Made by a program: the position numbers and the translations under genes
The notes under the pieces: model-generated
Seen by the model: the letters and a program-made list of their open reading frames with translations, nothing else
The model's database searches: none
What the model was told of the DNA's origin: nothing
Assembly (NCBI GenBank): GCA_048941265.1
Contig: JBHLNT010000038.1
Location: 1 to 29,935, forward strand
Origin: Promethearchaeota archaeon
Lineage (GTDB): Archaea > Asgardarchaeota > Lokiarchaeia > Sigyniarchaeales > SOKP01
Length of the DNA: 29,935 nt
Reading direction: 5' to 3'
Shown: positions 9,426 through 18,045 of the stretch, in pieces
Layout: every line of letters begins with the position of its first letter
Position numbering within the stretch: position 1 is the stretch's first letter

Positions 9426-9469
9426 CTAGTAGCCTTTCAACTAATATTTTTTTGAAAGGATCATTCTAA
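9426..9469 (-). promoter_or_regulatory. candidate eukaryote-like SECIS element (kink-turn stem-loop)
   Basis: Minus-strand RNA UUAG-AAU-GAU-CCUUUCAA-AAAAAUAUUAG-UUGAAAGG-CUA-CUAG: AUGA, perfect 8-bp stem, A-rich apical loop and 4-bp closing helix, directly 3' of UGA-containing genes. The 3' core is UA rather than canonical GA. Confidence 0.6.
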
Positions 9470-9897
9470 TTCGGTTTTAAATTACGTTTCGGGAGTGGAG
9501 GCAAATCATGAACTTTTTTTGTAATGTCTTCTACAGATGCCACAAACTTCTCGACTTCTGCGGCAGCACAGAAATATTGTTGTATCCTTTCGGGACTTAT
9601 TCCAATATGATCAAATAATTTTCTCAGAAATTTAATATGCTTATTGGTATTCATATTTGCATTACCAAAATTGCATTCTCCCTCATGGCAAGAAATAACG
9701 GCAACACCATCAGCACCATTTAAAAATGATTCCATGATTAGATGAATTCCAACCCTTCCTGTGCATTTTACTCGTATTAAATGAAAATCAGTTGAATATG
9801 ATTTTCTAGTTGTACCGGTTAAATCTGCGACGGCATACCCTCATTTCTCGCATCCAAATGCTATAATCTTTCTTCCACCATTTTTTTTATCTGTCAT
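9466..9897 (-). CDS. mvhD: MvhD/VhuD [2Fe-2S] hydrogenase delta subunit, selenoprotein (Sec19), 143 aa
   Basis: Manual reading from ATG 9897 (SD AAGGTGA): MTDKKNGGRKIIAFGCEK-UGA(9841-9843)-GYAVADLTG...IRVKCTGRV...GADGV...CHEGECNF. UGA sits at the second Cys of the CxxC motif and homology continues on both sides. Confidence 0.95.
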
Positions 9898-9914
9898 TTA
9901 CTCACCTTATTGGT

Positions 9915-11912
9915 TTAATTTACTATTTGATCTCTAGTATTTTCTACTTTCACTTCAACTCCTCCAATTCCTTTTATTTCTTCTTCAAATTGAACATCTC
10001 TGTAATATTTCAAGTCAATAGCCCTTGCAGGACAGGAGGTAACACAAGCTCCACAGCCTTTACATTTTAAATCATCAACCTCAGCAACTTCATTTTCATT
10101 CACTGCTATGGCTCCAAAATTGCAGATTTTTTCGCATCTATGGCACCCCATACATAAATTCTCATCGACTTCAGCAATAATAAGCTCTTGGCGTAGAATT
10201 TCATTAGATAATAAGGTAGCAACTTTACTTGCTGCACCTAAGGCCGAAGATACTGAATAGGGGATATTTTTTGGACCCGTAGCACATCCACAAATATAGA
10301 TTCCAAGATCTTTAGTTTCCACTGGTTTCAAACATCCATGCACTTCAGATAAAAATCCATTTGGACCTTTAGTCAATCCCAATAAATCAGCAATTTTTTG
10401 AGTTCCTTTAGAAGGTACCATTCCAGTTGATAAAACCACAAGATCAAAATCAATATAAGATACATTATCTTCAAGTGACATATCAAAAAATAATCGCATT
10501 GTGCCATCTTGATTTAGTTTTATATCTCCAGGTTTACCTTTAATAAAATTCACATTTTGGGCTCTAATATTTCGATAATATTCTTCATTATTTTTATCCC
10601 AAGTTCGTATATCGATATAAAATATTGTGATATCCATTTCAGGATATTCTTGTTTCAGTAGTTGTGCATTTTTTAATGAAACATTGCAACATACGGCACT
10701 ACAATATGTATTAGCGCGTAATGATCTGGAGCCTACACATTGTATCATTGCAATTTTCTGTGGTGTTTTTCCATCTGAAATTTTATAAATATGACCATTA
10801 GTGGGCCCAATAGGGCTCAACATTCTTTCTAATTCTATTTGAGTAATAACATCTGGATAAAACCCATATTTGTATTCATTTGTTTCAATAATAGGATATT
10901 CATCCCACCCTGTAGCAATTATTATAGCTCCAACTTTGATATCAATAATCTCATTATCTTGATTGAATGTTACCGCTTCAGCAGGACACGTTCTTTCACA
11001 GCTTTTACAGTTAATACAAATTTCCTTATCAATAACTGCCAATTTAGGGACTGCTTGAGGAAATGGAATGTAAATTGCACTTCTTTCTCCAATTCCGCGA
11101 TCAAATTCATTAGGTACTTTAACTGGGCATTTTGTAGTACATAATCCACAACCAGTACATTTTCTTTCATCTACATATCTAGCATTCTTTCGAATTGTAA
11201 CCTTATATTCTCCTGTGATTCCACTAAAATTAATTATTTCACTATAAGTTAAAAGATTAATATTTGGATGTTTCGAAGCATTTACCATGATGGGTGCTAA
11301 AACTCATATGCCACAATCATCCGTAGGAAAAATGCGATCAAGTTGTGCCATCTTTCCACCAATAGTAGCTTCCTTCTCAACTAAGTACACTTCGATTCCT
11401 TGGCTTGCCAGGTCAAGAGCAGCATTCATCCCAGCTATTCCAGCCCCAATTACTAAAGCAGACTTAGTAATAGGAATTTCTTTTCTTGGGATTAACTCTA
11501 ATTCACGCGCTCTGTTAATGCCCGCCAAAAGAAGTCTTTTAGCTTTTTCAGTTGCTTTTTCCCTCTCATTTTGATGAACAAAGGAGCAATGTTCTCTTAT
11601 GTTGACCATTTGAAAATAATAAGGACTTAAACCCGCTTCCATTAAAATCGCTCGATATGTGGGTTCATGAATTTTTGGAGTACATGCTGCAACTACAATT
11701 CGGTTCAAATCTAATTCTATAATATCATTTTTTATAATGTTTTGACCAGGATCACTACAAGTAAATTTATTAGTTCTAGCAATTACAACATTAGGTAATG
11801 GTTCAACATATTCTCTCAATTCTTCACAGTTCACATGCAGTCCAATATTTACGCCTCACTCGCACACGTAAACTCCGATTCTTATTTCCATGGTCTGATT
11901 TTTTTCAGACAT
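9915..11912 (-). CDS. hdrA: heterodisulfide reductase subunit A, selenoprotein (Sec19, Sec203), 665 aa
   Basis: ATG 11912 (SD AGGTG): IRIGVYVCE-UGA(11856-11858)-GVNIG...VVAACTP...NIREHCS.VH...VIGAGIAG...FPTDDCGI-UGA(11304-11306)-VLAPIMVNASKHPNI...QCVGSR...YCSAVCC, plus ferredoxin motifs. All segments are in one frame. Confidence 0.96.
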
Positions 11913-11984
11913 TTTAATACACCTAAGGAATTTTCACCAGGTTAATTTTTTTAATTTTACAATTAAATTCTTAGTTTAAAGAAG

Positions 11985-11992
11985 ATTATAAA
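11985..11992 (-). promoter_or_regulatory. candidate TATA box for hdrA-mvhD-frhB operon
   Basis: TTTATAAT preceded by purine-rich ACGAGA, ~73 nt upstream of the hdrA ATG. Confidence 0.3.
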
Positions 11993-12141
11993 TCTCGTTG
12001 TTTTATGAAATTTTGGAAAAAATATAATTTTTCTGTTTAAATTTAATAATTTCAAATACCTAAAGAGGACTTGTTCAAATTCAATAATTAAAAATTATTA
12101 AGCTCATTAAATTTTTTATTTGATATAAATTACTCTTTAAT

Positions 12142-12474
12142 ATGCCACAGATGGATGAATTGGAAGAAGAACCAAAACTAATCCTTGCAAATAAAGTTAT
12201 GGAGGAAATGGGATTACAAGGGAAACCTGCTATGAATAAAATATTGGAAATTATTACGCTAGTTGGAAGCGACAAAAATAAAGTTATGGAGGCATACTCG
12301 CAATATAAAAGGAAAGAAGATTTTGCTAATGAGATCATGGCCGAAGAAGGCTTAAAAGGAAAATCTACAAGGATAAAGGTTATGAGAATTATGGATATAG
12401 TAGGGTGGGATAAGAAAAAAATAAAAATTAGCATTATGCGTTCTACTATAAATTCCAGAAGAGAGCATAATTAA
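12142..12474 (+). CDS. hypothetical protein with two internal tandem helical repeats
   Basis: ANKVMEEMGLQGK...I..LVGSDKNKV repeated as ANEIMAEEGLKGK...I..IVGWDKKKI. Confidence 0.75.
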   Translation: MPQMDELEEEPKLILANKVMEEMGLQGKPAMNKILEIITLVGSDKNKVMEAYSQYKRKEDFANEIMAEEGLKGKSTRIKVMRIMDIVGWDKKKIKISIMRSTINSRREHN

Positions 12475-12580
12475 CATTTTTCATTTTACTTTTTTGAAAT
12501 TAAGTAATAAACTAAATTAAGAATTGTATATGTTAAAATATTAAATAATCATATCTGTAAAAAATTAAGAGGTAGCCATC

Positions 12581-13870
12581 TTGCTAGATATAGAACTATT
12601 TCGAAACAATTTAAACCTTATAATAGAATCGGAGAAAAAGAGGTTTAAAGACCCTTCCAATGCAATTAAGGTGTTTGAATTTGATGAGAAATGGCGGGAG
12701 AGTTTACAGAAAATAGAAGATTTAAGAAAAAAAAGAAATGAGATATCATTAAAAATCGGAAAATATAAAAAATCTGGAGAAAGGAAAAAAGCGGAGGCGG
12801 CGATAAAAAGCTCAAAAGAAATTAAAATAGAAATTGATGTTTTAGAACAGCAAAAATCCGAATTTTTTGAACAAAGAGAAAAATATAGATATATTGTAGG
12901 AAACATCTTACATGATTCTGTACCTGTTGCTGAAAGTGAAGAAGATAATGAAATTGTTAGGGAGTTCGGTGTATTGCCAAAATTTAAATTTTCACCTTTA
13001 AATCACGTAGAATTGGTTGAAACCATAGATGGAGCAGATACTAAAAAAGCTTCTGAAGTAGTAGGATCCAGATTTTATTATTTAAAAGGAGATTTAGTCC
13101 TATTAAATTTAGCTTTAATGAGATTTGCATTAGATTTTCTCCAGAAGAAGGGTTATATCCCAATGTGGACTCCTTTTTTTATTAAGCAGGAGGTAATTAA
13201 GGCAGCTGCAGAACTGGCTGATTTTGAAGAGCAGTTATATAATATTTACGATGAGGACTTATTTATGATAGCAACTTCAGAACAAACGTTAGCAGCTTAT
13301 CACTATGATGAAATTATAAGCCCGGACAGATTACCTATAAAATATGCGGGGATATCATCATGTTTCAGAAGGGAAGCGGGTTCTCATGGAAAGGATACCT
13401 TAGGAATATTTCGAGTTCATCAGTTCGAAAAAGTTGAGCAATATGTATTTTGTAAACCGGAGAATTCATGGAAAATGCACGAAGAATTAATACAAAATGC
13501 AGAGGAACTTTACAAACAATTAGAACTTCCGTTTAGAATTGTAAATATTGTAAGTGGAGAATTGAATGATAATGCTGCTAAAAAATATGATTTAGAAGCA
13601 TGGTTTCCAGCTTCTGAAACGTATAGAGAATTAGTTTCATGCAGTAACTGCACAGATTATCAAGCAAGAAAATTAAAAATTAGGATGGGGTTAGTAGGCT
13701 CGAAAGAAGAAAAGCAGATATTACATACCTTAAACTCAACAGCAATAGCAACAGAACGAACTATCTGTGCTATTATAGAGAATTATCAAAATGAAGATCA
13801 TTCGATCACTATCCCAAAAGTACTTCAAAAATATATGAATGGGTTAAAACTCATCCCAGCAAAAATTTAG
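12581..13870 (+). CDS. serS: seryl-tRNA synthetase (standard type)
   Basis: MLDI..FR start (TTG with SD GAGGT), N-terminal coiled coil, ATSEQ, CFRREAG, GIFRVHQFEKVE, ELVSCSNC, HTLNSTA.A.ER. Confidence 0.98.
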   Translation: MLDIELFRNNLNLIIESEKKRFKDPSNAIKVFEFDEKWRESLQKIEDLRKKRNEISLKIGKYKKSGERKKAEAAIKSSKEIKIEIDVLEQQKSEFFEQREKYRYIVGNILHDSVPVAESEEDNEIVREFGVLPKFKFSPLNHVELVETIDGADTKKASEVVGSRFYYLKGDLVLLNLALMRFALDFLQKKGYIPMWTPFFIKQEVIKAAAELADFEEQLYNIYDEDLFMIATSEQTLAAYHYDEIISPDRLPIKYAGISSCFRREAGSHGKDTLGIFRVHQFEKVEQYVFCKPENSWKMHEELIQNAEELYKQLELPFRIVNIVSGELNDNAAKKYDLEAWFPASETYRELVSCSNCTDYQARKLKIRMGLVGSKEEKQILHTLNSTAIATERTICAIIENYQNEDHSITIPKVLQKYMNGLKLIPAKI

Positions 13871-13943
13871 CTCATAATGACTAATTTAATAATAGGAAAA
13901 AAAGACTAATAAATTTATAAAATAGAATAAATTTGAATGTATA

Positions 13944-15179
13944 ATGTTAGAAGTTGATTTGGAAGAATTCGAAAATTTCTACAAGGAGAGATTAAATTCT
14001 CAGTTTTATAAGATTAAAAGAGCTCTAAAAAAGATACTTTCAGATATTAATAATAGTTTAGTTGATATTAAAATTTCTATGGACCATTTTAAGGAATCTG
14101 CTACTCAAAAAATAGATGAGAAGTCTCTAAGATCATTGAATCTATTTTATGACAGAGTGAAGAGCTCAATTGAGGAGATTACAATTCCGGATGAAGAAGA
14201 GATGATGTATTCAAATCTTAATGATTTAACTAATTCTATTAAGAGACTTTTTAATACTATCAATGAAATCGCTAGAAAATCACTCCCTAAATTTCAGAAA
14301 TATATACAACCAGAAATAAAGGAACTTAATTATGTCACTCGAAAACTAGGGAAAAAACAAGGAATTTTAGATCTCTTTTTAAGAAAAAAATATGGTGATG
14401 TGAAAAGCGCTGAAGATTTGCTTAAAAAAGTCGATAAATTTTATAGTTTAAAAGAAAATATTGAACATGCGAAAGCAGATTTAGATAACTTTGAGAATGA
14501 ATTAAGAGAAAAGGACGAAATACTTAAGAATTTGAATTCGGAATTACTTAATCTGCAAAATAATGAGCTTTTTGAAAAACTTGAAACTAAAAAAGATGAG
14601 TTATTCCAGTTAAGGATAAAAATTAATGATCAATTAGGATTCAAAAAAGCTTTGAAAAAACTAAAATTTGAATTAGAAAAAGAAAATATTCATATTGCAA
14701 ATTTTGATATAAATTATTTGAAAAATTTCTTGAAAAATCCCATAGCTTCATTAATGAAAGAGAGAGCAGATTTAGGGAATTTTACTGGAACTTTAGTCCA
14801 TCTTAGGCATGTATTAGAAGAGAATAAATTAAATCTTAAGAGCGATACAAAAGAAAAAACAATTGAACAAATTAATGCCATTTTTGATGAGAAAACAATT
14901 TACGATGATCTTGATAGATTGAGAGCTTTAAGAGGAGAACTTAAAGAAATCGAAAAAGAAATTGAGTTCGCGGGACTAGCTCAAAAATTAGAAGATGTAA
15001 AGAATCAGATCTCTATTAATACCGTAAAATCGGAACATGTTCAAGCCGATCTTGACAGAAGAAATAAAGATTATTTAAGAAATTTATCTACACTTAAACA
15101 AGAAAGAGAAGAATTCCAAAATCTTATAGAAAATATAATACAAGAACCTTTTAAGATAAAAATCTCTTTTGAATTTTAA
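13944..15179 (+). CDS. coiled-coil hypothetical protein, 411 aa
   Basis: Long K/E/L-rich heptad stretches, no Walker motif; stop overlaps the cofC stop (shared TTAA). Confidence 0.8.
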   Translation: MLEVDLEEFENFYKERLNSQFYKIKRALKKILSDINNSLVDIKISMDHFKESATQKIDEKSLRSLNLFYDRVKSSIEEITIPDEEEMMYSNLNDLTNSIKRLFNTINEIARKSLPKFQKYIQPEIKELNYVTRKLGKKQGILDLFLRKKYGDVKSAEDLLKKVDKFYSLKENIEHAKADLDNFENELREKDEILKNLNSELLNLQNNELFEKLETKKDELFQLRIKINDQLGFKKALKKLKFELEKENIHIANFDINYLKNFLKNPIASLMKERADLGNFTGTLVHLRHVLEENKLNLKSDTKEKTIEQINAIFDEKTIYDDLDRLRALRGELKEIEKEIEFAGLAQKLEDVKNQISINTVKSEHVQADLDRRNKDYLRNLSTLKQEREEFQNLIENIIQEPFKIKISFEF

Positions 15180-15916
15180 TCTGCACGTTTTTTCTTAGTA
15201 ATTTTGAATTTTCTATTATCTTCTGCACTACTTTTCTGTAAAGTAAGCTTTAAATTATTCTTTAAGTACAAATAAGTTTCTGTAGTATCTAGGTTCAAAA
15301 GCTTTAAGTAATGATAAGCTAATAATAAATCTTGCTTAATATCAATATCGAATCCAGCTCTAAACGAGTCATATATCGCGATTTTATCTAATTTGAATTT
15401 TTTAGCATTGTTTATCAAAGCTATAAATGATGGAATATTTGGATCAGAGAAATATGTTGAAATAATATTAGGAGGATTCCTACCAAGTATAGACACTCCG
15501 GCAGAATGGATGGCCGGACATACTACTAATTGATTTTCCTTTAAAAGAAGATTAATTTCAGTAAAATTTTTAGCTGCTATTAATATAGTGTCCAAAAAAC
15601 AAAATACAGTTTGTTGAGCATTAAAATTTGTCATTGCTATATTGTTTAAATCTGAGATAACCTCATCGAAAGATTTTCTTGGTTTAGTAAGTTTTTCTTT
15701 AATTCCAATTAAATTATATTTCTCCGCAAGCTCTAATATCTCAGAATCATGACAATAAACAACAATACCCTTATAGTTATCTACTTTTGAGAGGGTATTT
15801 CCAAGATCTCTGAACATTGCGATTGTTAGCTCCTTGAGTTGTTCCTTTGAGAAACAATCTCTAAGACGCGATTTAGTCCTCGATAAGGGAGCAACAGGGA
15901 TTAATAAATAGCTCAT
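15176..15916 (-). CDS. cofC: CofC-family 2-phospho-L-lactate/PEP guanylyltransferase (F420 biosynthesis)
   Basis: LIPV......KSRL......EQ...L..AMF.D N-terminus and FDID...DL C-terminal motif; middle region divergent. Confidence 0.8.
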   Translation of the reverse strand: MSYLLIPVAPLSRTKSRLRDCFSKEQLKELTIAMFRDLGNTLSKVDNYKGIVVYCHDSEILELAEKYNLIGIKEKLTKPRKSFDEVISDLNNIAMTNFNAQQTVFCFLDTILIAAKNFTEINLLLKENQLVVCPAIHSAGVSILGRNPPNIISTYFSDPNIPSFIALINNAKKFKLDKIAIYDSFRAGFDIDIKQDLLLAYHYLKLLNLDTTETYLYLKNNLKLTLQKSSAEDNRKFKITKKKRAD

Positions 15917-15989
15917 TTTATGATATTAAGTTTATTTCTTTGGAAATATGAGAAAATAGAAATTTAAAAATAAGAATTAAAATTGCTAT

Positions 15990-16553
15990 TTAAGCCTTAA
16001 TATTGTTTAAAATTTGAACGGATAAATCTTCAAACGCAGCATCTACACTTTCATTAAGTTTTGCAGATGTTTCAAAATATTTTACCCCATATTTTTCTGC
16101 TTTAGCTTTAATCTCTTCTGAACTAACCTGTCTTTTATCTTCTAAATCTATTTTATTTCCTACCAGAATAAATGGTATATCTCCGCTTAATTCTTCCATC
16201 TTAGAAATCCAAAAATCGATATCTTCAAATGTTTCCCTTTTATCTACATTGAATACCACCATAGCTCCGACTGCCTGTAAAAAATAATATTCAGTGACAA
16301 AAAGCTTATCTTGCTGTCCGCCAATATCCCAAAAGTAAAGATTAAAGCCCTTGGCTTTTATATCCTCCTTTAATTGAGGATTTATATTAAGCTTATCAAT
16401 GATTTGATTCAATTCAATTTCTTTAATAAGAAAATTTGCCCCTACTGTTTGTTTATATATATCACTAAATATGCCATCAACATATCTAGCAAGTAAGCTG
16501 GTTTTACCGACTCCAGCATCTCCTAGTAAAATTACTTTTCCCCTATAAGACAT
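15990..16553 (-). CDS. Rab-like small GTPase (Ras superfamily)
   Basis: G1 GDAGVGKTS, G2 TVGANF, G3 WDIGGQ, G4 GNKID, G5 ETSAK; no C-terminal Cys motif. Confidence 0.95.
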   Translation of the reverse strand: MSYRGKVILLGDAGVGKTSLLARYVDGIFSDIYKQTVGANFLIKEIELNQIIDKLNINPQLKEDIKAKGFNLYFWDIGGQQDKLFVTEYYFLQAVGAMVVFNVDKRETFEDIDFWISKMEELSGDIPFILVGNKIDLEDKRQVSSEEIKAKAEKYGVKYFETSAKLNESVDAAFEDLSVQILNNIKA

Positions 16554-16643
16554 TTTGAACCCTTTCTTTTTGGTTATATATATTTTATTTTCTTTAAATA
16601 TAAACTTGGATTGTTTTACATTTTAATATTATATCGTTAATAC

Positions 16644-17471
16644 TCAGGAATACGGAGTATTTTTTGATATTAATGTAGCTTCTTTACATTCAGAACTTAT
16701 GAAATGTCTAAATAAGTGTTCATACCCCAGAATTTGTCGGGGTCTCCCATTTTCCAGCCATAATCCAGAAGTATATTCTGGAGCCTCCATGACTTGATCT
16801 AAAGTCGTTAATAAAAAGCCTGAATCGACGATTAACAGACCAAATGGGATAACCGTATCTCCTTCAATGGAATGGACAGTGACATTTACTTTTAATAATT
16901 TTTTTATTTCCTCTTTTATGTCGTCAAAAAATTTTAAAGCTATTACAATTTGAATATCTGAATTAGAAAATTTTTTATTCCAGAGCTCTCTCATGACCCA
17001 CTCATATCCACCTAATTCATCCATTAATAAATCGGGAGTAATAATATAAAAGATTCTATTTTCTGCCGAAATTATCATATCTTTCATTTTTTTTCTAATT
17101 TTTTCTTTAGAGTTTATTGACCATACCTTTGGTTCATAATCATCTGAATCTATTTCTAATAGCGATATTGAATCTTCTATTTTACGCGTTTGATCAATTT
17201 TTTGAGCGTATTCTCGGCGAATGGTATCGAATATTTTTTCTATAGGGATAACCTGGTAATTTGCCCCTCTTTTTACTGGTTCTTTCTGAATAAAACCTCG
17301 TTCAATTAATCTATTTAATGAATCATATACTCTTGCTCTATCTACACCAGAATGTTTTGCAATATCTGCAGGTGATAAAACCTTATATTTACAAAGAGTC
17401 AAAAGTACTTTGGAATCGTTCTTAGTAAATCCTAAATTTTGAAGTTTTTCTTCAATTTCGTTTTCATTCAT
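16644..17471 (-). CDS. TrmB-family transcriptional regulator
   Basis: L..LGFT......L.L...LSPADIAKHSGV.R.RVYD.L..L..RG wHTH, followed by a TrmB effector domain (LIVD). Confidence 0.92.
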   Translation of the reverse strand: MNENEIEEKLQNLGFTKNDSKVLLTLCKYKVLSPADIAKHSGVDRARVYDSLNRLIERGFIQKEPVKRGANYQVIPIEKIFDTIRREYAQKIDQTRKIEDSISLLEIDSDDYEPKVWSINSKEKIRKKMKDMIISAENRIFYIITPDLLMDELGGYEWVMRELWNKKFSNSDIQIVIALKFFDDIKEEIKKLLKVNVTVHSIEGDTVIPFGLLIVDSGFLLTTLDQVMEAPEYTSGLWLENGRPRQILGYEHLFRHFISSECKEATLISKNTPYS

Positions 17472-17935
17472 GGTGAAATTAAATTCAAATCCAGATTTTC
17501 TATATGTTTATTATAGAGACTTTTTAATTTTATACTTTTACTTTTTTGAATATAATTTTGGATTAATAAAATTTCCTACGAAAATTGATATAGTAAAGCA
17601 ATTTTTCCATAATTTAGTAGATAATTTGAAGTCCATAAATCTTAAAACTATACTAAGAATGTGTTCTTATTTTATGAATTTAAGATTTTTTTTTTATAAT
17701 TTATTTCTACAAACCTTATCAAAATTAATATATCGCATTTTTTAATCTAGATCTCAATCCTTATTATTGAAACATTAATAAAATCTAAAGGTATAAAATA
17801 CAATAATTTCGCGTATTTACCTCAGAGAATTAAAAAAATTAGATTTTGTCGGTTAAATTAATAAAACGAAGGGGTTTTCGATCTTTTGAATTTGAACAAA
17901 ATTATTTACTCGAAATATTGATTCCAATCATAACA

Positions 17936-17943
17936 TTTATATA
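17936..17943 (+). promoter_or_regulatory. candidate TATA box for histone gene
   Basis: TTTATATA ~100 nt upstream of the ATG; strong SD GGAGG also precedes the ATG. Confidence 0.35.
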
Positions 17944-18045
17944 ATAGAAATGTGTAAGTTTAATTAATTACTAATTTAAATAAAATCTCGAAAACTGTTT
18001 AAATAAAATTTAAACTAAATCAAAATTTAGTGGAGGAATATAAAT

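Noticed and set aside
9466-11912. hdrA and mvhD as pseudogenes or split genes
   Set aside because: All three stops are TGA, in frame, at conserved Cys columns, with no frameshifts or other decay.
10839-12906. Short ORFs overlapping hdrA, the repeat protein and serS
   Set aside because: Antisense or out-of-frame to well-supported genes and lacking motifs.
17470-17745. 91-aa ORF in the trmB-histone gap
   Set aside because: F/Y/N/L/I-rich composition typical of translated AT-rich noncoding DNA; overlaps the trmB start.
17472-18045. Replication origin
   Set aside because: No convincing repeated ORB elements and no cdc6/orc1 gene in the window; a single GGGG run is insufficient.
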